A DNA stretch of 64,000 bases, from NCBI RefSeq assembly GCF_001194135.2, contig NC_068985.1, positions 70,741,601 to 70,805,600 of the forward strand, given 5' to 3'. Shown here one piece after another: positions 1 through 12,814 of the stretch. The notes beneath the pieces are model-generated. The model was not told the origin of the DNA. It saw nothing but the letters and a program-made list of their open reading frames with translations, and did no database searches. Source of the DNA: Octopus bimaculoides. Lineage: Eukaryota. Each line of letters opens with the position of its first letter. Positions within the stretch are counted from its first letter, which is position 1. The translations under genes were made by a program, and so were the position numbers.

Positions 1-974
1 ATAAGCAAGGTAAGTATTTCTGAATCACATAAAAGAATAAATATATCTGACAAATGCCTAGAAATTGGTAAAGAAATGTGCAGGAATGTTAAGCGCATCA
101 CTGTACTTTTGACAGCAAGGGCGAACATTTCAAATATTAGTTGGCCTCTAAATGTTCTCTCCTTCAATGAAAAGTTCCTCTGATGTCTTAGAAGATCATA
201 TATTTTCTTGAGGGGAGAGAAATTACTGAAGTGATGGTTCCGTAAAGACATTATGCCAGTGTTGTCATAAAAATAAAAATAAAAATGGCAAAGAAAGCAA
301 ATTTGGAAGAATGTCGAAAATTCTATAATTATATTTGCTAGCATTCAGACAAATAGGATATGGATATATTTGCTAAAGACATGGCTCTCTGATAATATTA
401 GTAGAAAAGAAGTTCTTTAAAATAATTTACCAAAGGGTAGCTTAATCTCAGAAAATGACTAGATGTCATTTTAAAATACGTATCAGGGTTATGGCCAGCA
501 TCAGAGGCTGATTTAATATGCTCTAATATGCTGACGTTTAATCTAATACTTCACCTCTTTGATCTATTTTGGAATATAGTTCTATAGATCTTCAAATGGC
601 AAAGTTATTTGCCATATTCATTGGTTAGATTATAGCATAATCATCTTGTACATATTTTGCGGTTCATTTTTATTTATTTTGTTTTCATAAAGCATATTTC
701 GACCTTTCTTAGTATCACACATGCACACATACTTACTCATACACACATAATCTTATCTACACGCACACATACCTTAAAACATTAGTTAACCATATATCTT
801 ATTCTAAGACCGCACAAATATATTCATATGAATATCTTTTTATTGGTATAGCATTATATTCATACCTACGTATTTTTTTGCGTCACGCTAAGGGAACGAA
901 CGAAAAGGAGAAAGAGAACATAGCCAAGGAGAAAAAAGGGAAAGTAAAAGAGATGGCAATGGTAAATGGTAGTG

Positions 975-1335
975 TTTGTGGTGGTGGTGGTGGTGGTGTT
1001 GGAGTTGTTGTTGTTGTTGTTGGTGGTGGTGGCGGCGGCGGCGGCGGCGGTGGTNNNNNNNNNNNNNNNNNNNNNNNNNNNNNNNNNNNNNNNNNNNNNN
1101 NNNNNNNNNNNNNNNNNNNNNNNNNNNNNNNNNNNNNNNNNNNNNNNNNNNNNNNNNNNNNNNNNNNNNNNNNNNNNNNNNNNNNNNNNNNNNNNNNNNN
1201 NNNNNNNNNNNNNNNNNNNNNNNNNNNNNNNNNNNNNNNNNNNNNNNNNNNNNNNNNGTGGTGGTGGTGGTGGTGGTGGTGGTGGTGGTGGTGTCGATGG
1301 CGGTGGCGGCGCCAGCGGTGGTGGTGGAGGTGGTG
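975..1335. repeat. (GGT/GTT/GGC)n trinucleotide microsatellite spanning N-gap 1055-1257
   Basis: Pure triplet runs on both sides of the gap; they explain the homopolymeric ORFs at 878-1472. Confidence 0.95.
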
Positions 1336-2031
1336 ATATTTATTTGCTGCATATTTATTTGCTGTTATTGATAGTCATAGTAGTTCCGGTGGTGGTGACG
1401 ATGTTTACTTGCAATGAGGTGAGAACGTTAAATCATACGTATTTTCTTTTAAATTACAGTTCACATCAATAAAGTACTCCGCTGTCAACTTCTTACTACT
1501 TAAAAAAATAAAAACACCTCCATAGCCTCCATTAACCAATACTTTACCAAAATCATCACCACACAAAATTATTACAGTTCTCAATGTATGTAGATGCATA
1601 TAGCTCTATAAGTATGTATATGTGTGTTTACTCGCGCGTATAAATGTTACTCCATTCATTCAACAGCGTTTCATTCATTTTGTATCCCATCATTTCACTG
1701 TTACCGCCTCCACTAACACTTGTCTAATAGTTTCTGCCTTGCCATCTTTCCCTGACTTTTTATGTACATCCCACTCTCTGTTTCTATTTACCTAGATAGG
1801 TAGATAGATATATATATCAAAGTATCAATCTTGCTTGCTATTTGTAGTCGTTTGCACCATCACAAAATTAAGAGAACGAATATTCTAAGTAATTGTGTGT
1901 AAATGTGAGTGGGTGAGTATGCCTGTCTATCTGTGCGTGCGTGTGTGTGTGTGTGTTCATGTGTGTATGTATAAATGTATGTATGTATGCATACATATGT
2001 GTATATTCATATATAAATGTACGTACCACCT

Positions 2032-2345
2032 AATCATTTGACTGCAGGCTGGAAGTACTTAGATGAAGAAATTAACCCTAGTACTTATTTCAAAATCTAG
2101 TACTTATTCTATTGTATCTTTTGTCGAACTGCTAGATTACAAGAATATTAACAAACTAATATAATTTTCAAGAGAGGGTGGCCGACAAGCAGACAGACAG
2201 ACCGTCCCCCCACACACACATCTATTCATACTAAACACACATCTATTCATGCTAAACACACACACACACATATATACGATAGGTTTCCACAAAGTCACTC
2301 ATAAAGCATTGGTCGTAGAAGACACTATCTAAAGGTGCCGTTCAT
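2032..2345 (-). mobile_element. Degraded family-A SINE
   Basis: Diverged matches to family-A motifs (tcatttgactgc, ctagtacttattctat, cactcataaagcattggtcg, gaagacact..aaggtgcc) seen intact at 22859-23253. Confidence 0.6.
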
Positions 2346-3884
2346 TGGTCCTTAACGACAAGTCTTTGCCTATATATATATATTTGTATGTATGTATGTA
2401 TGTATGTATGTATGCATGCATAATGTAGAGCAGCAGAAGTATTTTAACAACGCCCTGTATAGGTTCTACTTCTGATCAAAATGTCTGGCGTAGTTTCAAC
2501 AATGCATCCAAATTCTGAACGGTGTAAAGAACAAAGTATTTGATAAAGTTGTCTATGGAATCGCACGTCACAAACTCAAAAACGTTGGTATTCAAATTTC
2601 AGTTGAACGTGTGGATCCTTTATTTCCTGAGCGACCAAAGACAGATAGCAGGCAACAAAACTCTAACCCGAGTGTTTATAGTAGGAAGTGTTGTGTCGTT
2701 CTTATTCCCTTTCAGTTATTCATAATTTTGTCAGAGAAAACCACGCAATCCGTGATACCGAACAACTACGAGCACATCGCTAACAAATAAGGACATATGT
2801 GTTTGCGCGTGTACATATGTGTTTCAAGTGTTATACCCGTTAGAGGCGGTGCAAACGCATTCAGTAAATTAAAGTAAAATCGTAGAACTTAAGTATTGCG
2901 TGCTCTTCTGGGTATTATGTTCACTCATTCGAATATTGGCAGAAAAGACATGCCAGAACATATTTGTAAATAATCTTGTTCGAAACTTGGAAAAATCTTG
3001 TTCCAATAAAACAAAGAGAAAAAGGCAAGAGAGCTACTCTTTGACATCATCAACCTCACATACAGGAATCTATACAGCAATAGTTTTCTATTCAAAGTTA
3101 ATCAGTTGTCTAAATGTTTTCCAAAACGATTACGAAACACGGCCAAAAGTTTCGTCTGACACGCTTAATGTTATCAAATTTCATTTCTGATACATATTAG
3201 ATCAGACATTTCTGTCTAACGTAGATATCAGATTAAGCATCTGCAAAAGGCTACAATGAAAGTTTATTTTTTATACTTATTCGTTGGATAAGCAATTGTT
3301 ATTGCAAAGTATATTGAACAAACCAATCCATCGACAAATCTGAAGCTGAGAACATTCAAATTGGAAGATAGTGATCCAGTATGGTCTTCACGTGATGGAT
3401 GAAACATACTAAAACTCACTAAAGAAAAATATCGTGTGTATATACATATATATCCAATATATGTTCCTTTGTATGTATAATTATATAGATAAAACAGACA
3501 GACATTAATTGAAAGATCACACAGTAGAGTTAAAGTAGCGTATCACATTGCTTTGATGTGAAATATATTGCCATTAACTTCGAAGTTTGTCCCAGCATTG
3601 GCTTAGACACGAAGGTTTTTTAAAACTTATCGTTATTTTCAGATCACCGTGAGAGTGGGGCATTTTTACAATGCAAACTTAGTTTAGTGGTGTGTTTTTT
3701 TTTTTTTTGTTTTTTGTGGCATGTATAAAAAATAGATAAAAAAATTTATTGATTGTTTGATTGGCTGAGCAGGAATAAAAAAAAATAATATGATTAAATT
3801 AATATATATTAATATATCAAATTGATTGCAAATATATTTCTGTAGATTTACAATAACGTGTTATGTTGAGAGAGAGTAGAGAAA

Positions 3885-3963
3885 TAAAGTAGTAGTAGTA
3901 GTAGTAGTAGTAGAAGAAGAAGAAGAAGAAGAAGAAGAAGAAGAAGAAGAAGAAGAAGAAGAA
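3885..3963. repeat. (GTA)n(GAA)n microsatellite
   Basis: Direct reading. Confidence 0.95.
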
Positions 3964-4453
3964 TATAGGGTGGTGGCGAAAAGGACCAGGAGGGTCCATA
4001 CACACTGAATTCGGTGAGCGTCTACTTTGTTATATAATTGCAAATTGATTTATGTTTGGTGTAATAATAAAAGAATATTTTTCAATATTACTGTTTTGAA
4101 TCTTTCAGCTATATATGTAAACAGGTGAAATGGAGGTTACAATTAAATGTAAGCAGAGGTCAAAGACGGGTTAAGTTCTGTGATTTGTGCTGAAAGGTCA
4201 TGCCCAAACAATTCTTAAACTGGGCAAGAGATTTATTTTTAAAATCAGGCGATTGTATATAAAGAATAGAAAATTATTAATATACATTTATCATCAGTAA
4301 CGAATACAATTATGCATACGTGTGTACAGCTACAAAATTTATAAGCATCCTTGTAAATTAGTATATTTAGACCTACACATATGAACACACAACAACACAT
4401 ATAACAATATACACATCACAGCAAATATATATATATATATACATACATACATT

Positions 4454-4488
<35 letters not shown>

Positions 4489-4749
4489 NNNNNNNNNNNN
4501 NNNNNNNNNNNNNNNNNNNNNNNNNNNNNNNNNNNNNNNNNNNNNNNNNNNNNNNNNNNNNNNNNNNNNNNNNNNNNNNNNNNNNNNNNNNNNNNNNNNN
4601 NNNNNNNNNNNNNNNNNNNNNNNNNNNNNNNNNNNNNNNNNNNNNNNNNNNNNNNNNNNNNNNNNNNNNNNNNNNNNNNNNNNATATATATATATATATT
4701 CGCCTTGTTGAACCGCTGAAGTCTACAAGTTCTTTTCTTTCTCAGTCTG

Positions 4750-4900
4750 TATATTTTCTCTTATTCCTTTCTGTTGAAGAGCGTAGGCTCTAGGCGTAAA
4801 AGACTTCTCCATTTTTTCCGAGCGCCAAACCAATACATTTGCTTGTTGTTCATACACCTGTCTTCGTCTTTTGTTTTTCTATAAATTTCAACTATATATA
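4750..4900 (+). mobile_element. Dispersed repeat with degenerate minimal hammerhead-like motif (Penelope-like terminal repeat)
   Basis: CCTTT-CTGTTGA-A-GAGC-GTAG-GCTC-taggc-GTA-AAAGA at 4766-4803; homologous copy at 48215-48370. Confidence 0.55.
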
Positions 4901-4919
4901 TATAAGCAAAAATGCTAGT

Positions 4920-5243
4920 TCTAAAATCTAAGAGATCAACGCAGTAGTTGTACAAACAAGTCATGCCTGTAGCCACTTCAACATAGCTGTCCGTTCAAAC
5001 GGACCTTACAGCGATGTTTTAACCCCAAGAGGACATCTCCTCTAGCTGGTTAACGATGCACAGCTGCATCTGAGATCGTGTGCTGAAACAAAAATAATTG
5101 CAGCGTGGAAGATGTTTATAAACTATTTAAGGACACACAAAAAACCGTTAGATTCATTTCAACATTTAAATTTAAATGTGAAATGAATCTAACGGATTTG
5201 TTGTGTTCTTAAAAGGTTTATAAATATTTTCCACGCAGCAATT
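4920..5243. repeat. Unclassified repeat ending in a ~148-bp imperfect palindrome (5096-5243)
   Basis: Arms aattgcagcgtggaag...aacatttaaa and tttaaatgtg...ccacgcagcaatt are reverse complements; centre at 5170/5171. Confidence 0.75.
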
Positions 5244-5593
5244 GATTATACACACACACACACACACACGCACGCACGCACACACACACACACACACGCA
5301 CGCACACACACACACACACATATATATACATAATTACATACATACATACATATATACACACACACACACACATACATATACAAACATAAACATATACATA
5401 TATAAAAAAATAAGTATATATAGAAATATACATATTGAGATATTTATAAATTGACACATTTATAAATATGATCATACATGCGCATGTACATCTACATACA
5501 TATTTCTATACATATTCACACACATAGATAAACTCACATACACGCAGATATCGTTCTTATGTAACTGGTTTTTTTAATAAATAAAGTGACATA

Positions 5594-5815
5594 TACGAGG
5601 GGAGGGGCTAAAATGTTCCTGGGTTAAAGGGTATCGCGAAAGGCCTGGTTGAGGCTCAACATTCCGGGTTCTCTTACAGGACTTAGAAAAACTGAAGGAC
5701 CGCTGCAAGAAGTGTGTGAATCTGAGAGGAGAATATATTGAATGAAATCATGATTAACTGATCCTCCTGTCTTTTCTTCTAGCCGAAACCAGGAAAATTT
5801 CGGCACTGTCTTGGA
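5594..5815 (+). mobile_element. Mariner-derived non-autonomous element (MITE)
   Basis: Starts TA-CGAGGGG...AAATGTTCCTGG; degraded inverted end CCAGGAAAATTTCGGCAC. 5677-5745 encodes QDLEKLKDRCKKCVNLRGEYIE*, typical of a mariner transposase C-terminus. Confidence 0.8.
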
Positions 5816-5898
5816 CATGGACATTGAAACAAATGCATACCCCTACATTCACATATATGTACACAAGATACATATATATACATACACACAAATATATA

Positions 5899-5939
<41 letters not shown>

Positions 5940-6020
5940 GTATATATATATATATTACAGTTCTATATTTAAGAGATGTGGAATTATGTACATTATTTAC
6001 ATTATTTACATTTGACGATA

Positions 6021-6075
6021 TTCTTTTATTCTCTTACTTGTTTCAGTCATTTGACTGCGACCATGCTGGAGCACC
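6021..6075 (-). mobile_element. Family-A SINE 3' tail fragment
   Basis: ttcttttattctcttacttgtttcagtcatttgactgcgaccatgctggagcacc matches the family-A tail. Confidence 0.75.
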
Positions 6076-6650
6076 AGACGCGCGCGCACATGCACACACA
6101 GACACGCGTGTGCGCACGCATGAATATATGCATACTTTAATATATGGTTTATGCATAGCGGGCCTGGTGTAGAATTCAGTATACGTATACTCCAGAACAC
6201 GATGTTAGATGAGTACAGACTGATAGTAGAAGATTTCACTGGAAGAAACAAAGGTTGTGTAATGTTCTCCATTTGCTTACAGCTGTTTCTGCTATAAGAT
6301 GCAGTTGACTCTGATTTAAGTACCTGGATATCACCCTTTAGACCCTTGACTATAAAGTGCACATTTTTTGGAAAAATTTCATCTTCGGAATATACAGCCT
6401 TTACGCGCACAACACCTTTACCAAAAGCAGCAGTAAGCTAATTAAGCTCATTACATAAGCTTTGTTTTTTCCGGTGTCGTCACTTTGCTCCTACACATAT
6501 ACATACACACACGCACGCATGCACACAGGTGGGCACATAATTGCAAAACAAAACAAAAAATAGTACTCGGATACCAAAGGTTGAATAATACATATTTATA
6601 AAAGATGCAAGATTTATAAGTTCTGGGATAATTTTTGCAGCTTTAATAAT

Positions 6651-6697
<47 letters not shown>

Positions 6698-6822
6698 NNN
6701 NNNNNNNNNNNNNNNNNNNNNNNNNNNNNNNNNNNNNNNNNNNNNNNNNNNNNNNNNNNNNNNNNNNNNNNNNNNNNNNNNNNNNNNNNNNNNNNNNNNN
6801 NNNNNNNNNNNNNNNNNNNNNN

Positions 6823-6856
<34 letters not shown>

Positions 6857-7426
6857 ACTATCAGGTTTCGCTTCTTTTGCCTCTCGTTGTTCTTTCCTTC
6901 TTCGTCCTTCATTTCCTACATTTTTCACCTCATATCCCGCCCTTAAACACGTCTGTTGAAAAATGTTCGCCTCAATTTAATACACTAATACACTTTAATG
7001 TATATAGATTATATCCTTATTTCTACTCACTCAATCAAACAATCGATGAAAGGTCTTTCTGTATCACAATAGTAAGCACTATTAATACTCACTACCGATA
7101 TATCAATCGCTAAATTTCACTCACAAGATGAACCAGAAATAAATAAAAGGCGTAGAATACCCAAAGTGTTTGCCTTCAAACGAAACATTAAATTTTCCGT
7201 CCGTATTTCTTTATTAATATATGTATGAGTGTATATGTGTGAATGTGTGTGTGCTTTTGCTTCCACGTGCACGCACGCACGCTTGTGTCTGTACACATAC
7301 ATACACACAGTGACACTCAGTAACATGTACACGCACACTTGCGTATATATAGATAACTAACTATCTATATATCTATTTATGTATGTATGTATGCATGTAT
7401 GTATATGTGTGTGTGTGTATGTGTGT

Positions 7427-7470
<44 letters not shown>

Positions 7471-7565
7471 GTGAATATAAAGGATAAAATCCTTTAAATT
7501 AATGAATTTTATCAGAGGCCAGCATATAAAGAACCTTCTAGGTAAAACACCTGTATAGAGATATT

Positions 7566-7723
7566 TAGGTTACAATTATAGTTAAGTGCACGGAAGGTAC
7601 GCTACCTATATGCTGAAAATAGACGTAAAGATCTGCAGTGACTGGACGTGTTTGACGTCTATTTTCAGCATAGAGACATGGGACTTCCGTGCCCTCAAGT
7701 ATAATTGTATCCTATACAATTAT
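7566..7723. mobile_element. MITE-like imperfect inverted repeat
   Basis: Arms 7566-7639 and 7641-7714 are complementary (e.g. TATGCTGAAAATAGACGT / ACGTCTATTTTCAGCATA), with TA at both ends and an extra 10-bp hairpin at 7701-7723. Confidence 0.7.
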
Positions 7724-7752
7724 CTCTCTCTCTCTCTATTTCTGTCTCTCTC

Positions 7753-7804
<52 letters not shown>

Positions 7805-7949
7805 AGAATTCACATATATATATTCGCTTATATACATAGAAACATTATTATTATTAAATCTCTCTAAGAGAGACATTCAATAATTGTTACTGTTGTTAAG
7901 CCCAGGAAACATCGTTTCCAGCTGTCTATACAACACAATATCTGTGTCC

Positions 7950-8402
7950 TTATATCTATTCTACTTTTGCCCGACCCCACCTTGAGTACTGATGCCCACT
8001 GTGGTCTCCCCGTACGAAGCAAAGTATCATGAAAGTGGAAGCACTCCAGAGGTCGATGACAAGAAAGATTAACGGCATGACAGGCATTGACTACTGTCGA
8101 CAAAAAAACTCAATCTCTACTCTTTCCAATGTTGCTGTGAGCGCTATATCATTTGTGTGATGTGAAAAATACTCCATCAATATTGCACAAATGATGTTGG
8201 CATCAATTTTAAAATCCATCCAAGACTTAGTCCCCGTGTTATCCGCCCACTTTAAAGATCGAACTCAAGACACACAGCAACATTACGACACAACTCTTTT
8301 ACCTCAACCGGTTCAGCTCTCAAATATATTATACCAAAATATATCAAAACGGAAACAGATTCCATAAAATTGAAAACTTCTCTGGACAAATTTCTGTGTT
8401 GA
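7950..8402 (+). pseudogene. CR1-type LINE ORF2 C-terminal remnant
   Basis: FARPHLEY*CPLWSPRTKQSIMKVEALQRSMTRKINGMTG / KLNLYSFQCCCERYII / PKYIKTETDSIKLKTSLDKFL; 3 internal stops and one frameshift in the A-run at 8102-8108. Confidence 0.85.
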
Positions 8403-10490
8403 TTTATTTCCTTAAGAATAGGTATCAGGCTTATGAAAATAATTCTTAAGATCGACTAATATATGAACCAATCAGACTAATGGGAATCCTATTTTGGAAT
8501 TTCATCTGTGCCTGCCTCCTCACTTTTATTGTATACAATCACATTTGTTATAGAGGTACTATTGCTAAAGAACTACATGAATCGGACAGACCAATATTCA
8601 TATATTGCACATCCATTGTAGCACTCAATGAATATACTGTTCTTCGAGAGAGTGCTGTTTCAGTATTATCTTCTGCTGGAAAACATATCTATGGGAAGTT
8701 TACTCGAGTCCGTTAAAGTACCAGCAATTTAGCTAAAACACTAGCTTTGGAGAATGCTCCATATATGTTAATAGTTCTATCCTATTTGTTTTAAATCCTT
8801 AACGGTAGTTAGTTGATATGTGGTTTCATCTTGGATAGTTACTAGAAGACTCGTTTCCCGATGAAATCCTTGCAACGGATGCTTCCATTTTTCCCCACTC
8901 ATGAATGTATTCTATATAAAAGCACGTTGATCACGTCCATCTATACATAAGTCATAACTTACTGAGTAAAAAATCTATAAGGATTTTCTGTACCATTTAA
9001 GCAAAACCGTGTTAATGTACCATTAATATGTGTGCGCGCGCGCGTGTGTGTCCGTGTGTGTATGTGTGTGTATGCGTGTGTGTCCCTGTATGAGTGTGTA
9101 GGTGTATGTGTACACACGCAAATAAACACATATATGTATATATGTCTGTACATACACTGATACACACAAATACATATAAAATGTATGTATATAAAATATA
9201 TGTATGTATATATATATATATATATATANNNNNNNNNNNNNNNNNNATATATGTTTATATGTATGTTTATATATATATAAACACACATTCACTCACTCAC
9301 ACAGACACACACACACATACACAACTTATTCTGAGGTTGCTTAATTTAGATATCGAGACCGGTCTTTATGAATTGCTATAAATTGTGAAAAAGAAGTGAC
9401 CATCTAAGCTTGAATGAACACAATTGACGAGACAGTCCATTAATCAAACGGCAGGTAACTGTGTGTCTATAACTGTATATATGTTTTGGTATAATTGTGT
9501 GTGTGTGTGTGTGTGTGTATGTCAGTGTTTTTATGAATAGCTGAGATAGAGAAGAGGAAACAGATTGAAGAACTAGCTATTACGTTAATATTGATTAAAA
9601 ATAATAAGTTTTGATAATTACGTTCATATAACTGTCAACAGGAAGACTGAATATGAAAAGTTGTGTAGCACTTTGACAGATTGCCATCAGTATCATCAAC
9701 ATCGTCCTTGCTACTGTCGCATTATTTAAACGTTGTCGTCAGTAGTAAGTCATCAATCATCATCAATATCATTGTTTTATTATTCTTTGTTTCATTTTAA
9801 TATGGATTTGATAAACACGCAATATTTTCCTATCTACTGAATTCAGATGCGTAGTAGACTTAAGAACAGTACTCCGAGATATGTCCGATCTCCTGCTGTC
9901 CTTCGAAGTGACTTATAATGAAAGCTGTTATGTTACGGTCTTCCTTTATTCGGTCATAGTCCATCTATGTTTATATTACCAAAAGTTATCATAACTTCCC
10001 ATTTTGTTGACACACACTGGGAATAGATAGGGTTGGTATTTTAAAAGGTAAACAACCTTTCTAAAATCACTTAGTCTTTAGCTTATATTTGCTTCTGGTG
10101 TTACTGCTGTTGTGGTAGTTCTCGTTGAACGGTTGATGAAGATACTTTTTAACCCCATATAAGTAAATAACGGGGTGTTTTCTAGTCACAAACATCAGGG
10201 TTATTGTAAGACTACCTCAGTCAACGTTCTTTTATAAATGTATAGTATGATTTCTAGTACGTCAAGATGTTATTGGTTAACTCGTCTACTGTGAGAAAAT
10301 GTCTACGGCCAGCGCTCTTTAATGTATTTACGAAGGAAAAGCAGATATCATGAGATTAAGTGTTTTAAAATATTACCCGGTTTATTATATCAACTTGATC
10401 CTTGGGTGCCTTTAAACAGTGTCTTCGTTGTTGCAAATATTCGGAAAAGGTCTCCGGTCTGATGCTAACCTATGAATCACAGTTTCTTAC

Positions 10491-10521
10491 CTCCCCTCAC
10501 GACATCACCGGTCTTGGTGAC
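10491..10521 (-). CDS. Candidate 31-nt micro-exon (VTKTGDVVRG), gene unknown
   Basis: Acceptor ttatcttcttatcgcttttttcactag, donor GAG|GTAAGA, GC-rich, only one frame open. Confidence 0.35.
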
Positions 10522-11630
10522 CTAGTGAAAAAAGCGATAAGAAGATAACGATTTCATTTGTGTGCCGTTTTGGCTTAATTTGGTCTGTTCAGTCATGTTT
10601 ATTTTTTGTTCTATTTCAAACAAGGTCTTCTATGAAAGATTTCAGTATGTTTATTCTTGCAGTGAATTCTGATGATATTTTGTACATTCAAAACATGATT
10701 GATGGCAGCAATTTTTTTTTATTTTTTTTTTACGAAAAACTATTTCCTTCTTTACAAATTCTTACATTATGACGAATAGCTTTAATGACAAAATCCTCGA
10801 TTTTGTGTGCATATCTGAAGACCCACTAAACTGAATATATGCCCCTTTTCTTCCAATATATTTTAAATAAAACATAGCTCTTGGTATATAGTTTTTACAG
10901 ATATTTAGATTGTTTTTGTAAAGTGATAAAGAAAAGTAGAAGAGACATGGAGAACTGGTCGTAGAAAATAGGGATTTGAGAGAAAAAGTAAATCTATTTC
11001 ACTTTCACTTAAAGGATATTTGAAAAAGATGGAGTAGAAAAACAGTTTAATGCTGGTTAATGAGAATACAGGGATCAAGAGTTGATAGAGTGGGGCTGAA
11101 TGGGAAACAAAATAAATTTAGTGTAAAAGAAATGGATGATAAACATATGAAGAAGAGTAACGTAAAAAAATGGGTATGAGAGAAACTGTAATTCCCTCAA
11201 TCCACCCGTTTATTGCTGTTGTCTTCGATAGAAACCTTAATCCTTATTGTCTGTAACGGTAAAAGATAAAGTCTGATTCCTCTTGCTAATGCTTTTGCGA
11301 CAGGAGAGAGCAGGGAGGAAGGAAAATAGTGAAGAGACTTTAATCAATATTGTGAATTAGAATAGTCGACAGATAATATTTTATGCAGAAGAACTTGAGA
11401 AGGACTCGTTAAGTCTTAAATGATAATGAAGAAATAAGCTCTCTAATGAAATGTACTGCAGTTCAGTTACTGAGACAGTCTGTGACTAATACAGTACAAT
11501 ACAGATTATTATATATATTTTGTTTTCACCGGAGGAGGAATGTTTTTACTGCATCAGTGATTAATTGTGACGAACAGCAATCAGTTACATTCTGTTATTT
11601 ATTTCTTTTTATTTTATATTTCATGTTTAG

Positions 11631-11723
11631 TTCGAATATTTCACCTATCCATTGAACAACTGGAGGAAGAATTTCAAGTCTTTTTGAAGTGGCTTATACA
11701 TTTAATCTTCTACAGCTTGAAAT
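11631..11723 (+). CDS. Candidate 93-nt phase-symmetric exon, gene unknown
   Basis: Long T-rich tract ending tttag; donor AAT|GTAAGT; one open frame RIFHLSIEQLEEEFQVFLKWLIHLIFYSLK. Confidence 0.22.
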
Positions 11724-12244
11724 GTAAGTACCAGTAATATACTGTTTTAAGATATTCAGTTTATCTGTATCAAGCGTGTTAGCCACAACTACTAAATGTA
11801 GAACTAATGAAGCATCAATGCTTCTAACTTCAGATCTTGTAAAAGAACATGTGTGAGAATAATAAACCTACTTAACAGTTGTTTACGTTGCTGTTGTTTT
11901 TGTTACTGTTGTTCTTCTTGAGCAACTGCTGTTAGATTTGCTTAAAAATACACAAACCCAATACACCAGATATACCATACTTCAATCTATTTTAGAATCC
12001 TAATGAGTATTCACTCGATCACGCTATGCTTCATTGTATTAGCAATGAGTCTAGTGGTTTTAGGTTTTTGCTTAGTGTATTATTAGTGTTGTTATTGTTG
12101 ATGTTTCTCTTCATTTCCAAATCATTCAACATATTTAAACCGAATGAAAAAAAAACAAACTATTTTTCTTTTCCATTTTATTATTTTTTTGCAAGTATTG
12201 TGAACGCAGGTCAACATTATTCAATGTACCTTGCATATGAAGGT

Positions 12245-12315
12245 AAAGTGTGTTTTGAGAGTGATCTGGCTGCAATTTCTAGCAAGTGTAGTGACTATGT
12301 AGAATCAACCTCAGT
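12245..12315 (+). repeat. Short dispersed repeat (TGGCTGC(T/A)ATTTCTAGCA core); related copies near 17895-17960, 58003-58045, 59355-59430
   Basis: Recurrent diverged core motif found by eye at four loci. Confidence 0.45.
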
Positions 12316-12814
12316 GTTTTGTAATATATTCTTTTATCTGTTAGTTCTAGCGAGAAACGTAGCTGTGCAAGAGTTCGGTAGTTTCAGTGCCTCGAGATGT
12401 ATTCACTAAAGAATTATAAATACATGCACTCTTTCGCTTAACGAATTATCTTGAGAGAACGATGTATAATAATGTGTATCTCGTCGTGAATATACTATAA
12501 ATTCAATTACTAGTTGATTTAGCCTATCTATTTACTACTTCAAATTACGATTAGATATTGTCTTATTTTTATGATAGTCCTATGAATGAGTCTCTGTGTG
12601 GTCTTTCGGCCTACAAGAACTTGCAATCAAATCTCCTTTAAAGCATGCTCTGCTTTCCTAAAACGGAAAGAAACATTGAACAAGATATTCCTACATACAT
12701 TATGCCTGAAAAAAAAACCGATTGAATTACAATTCTACTCTTTTAATGCTGATCGGAGGCTAAACAGCAATAACTAGATATCTATATTTTTAGCGTCAAA
12801 CAAAATACCCTGTG

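Noticed and set aside
1-15. Consensus splice donor AAG|GTAAGT at 7-15
   Set aside because: Only 9 nt of upstream context; it cannot be tied to an exon.
878-1472. Long ORFs with poly-G, poly-V, poly-W or poly-H
   Set aside because: Produced by triplet microsatellites and an N-gap; open in many frames.
8480-8716. 78-aa ORF
   Set aside because: No recognisable domain or good donor; length within chance expectation.
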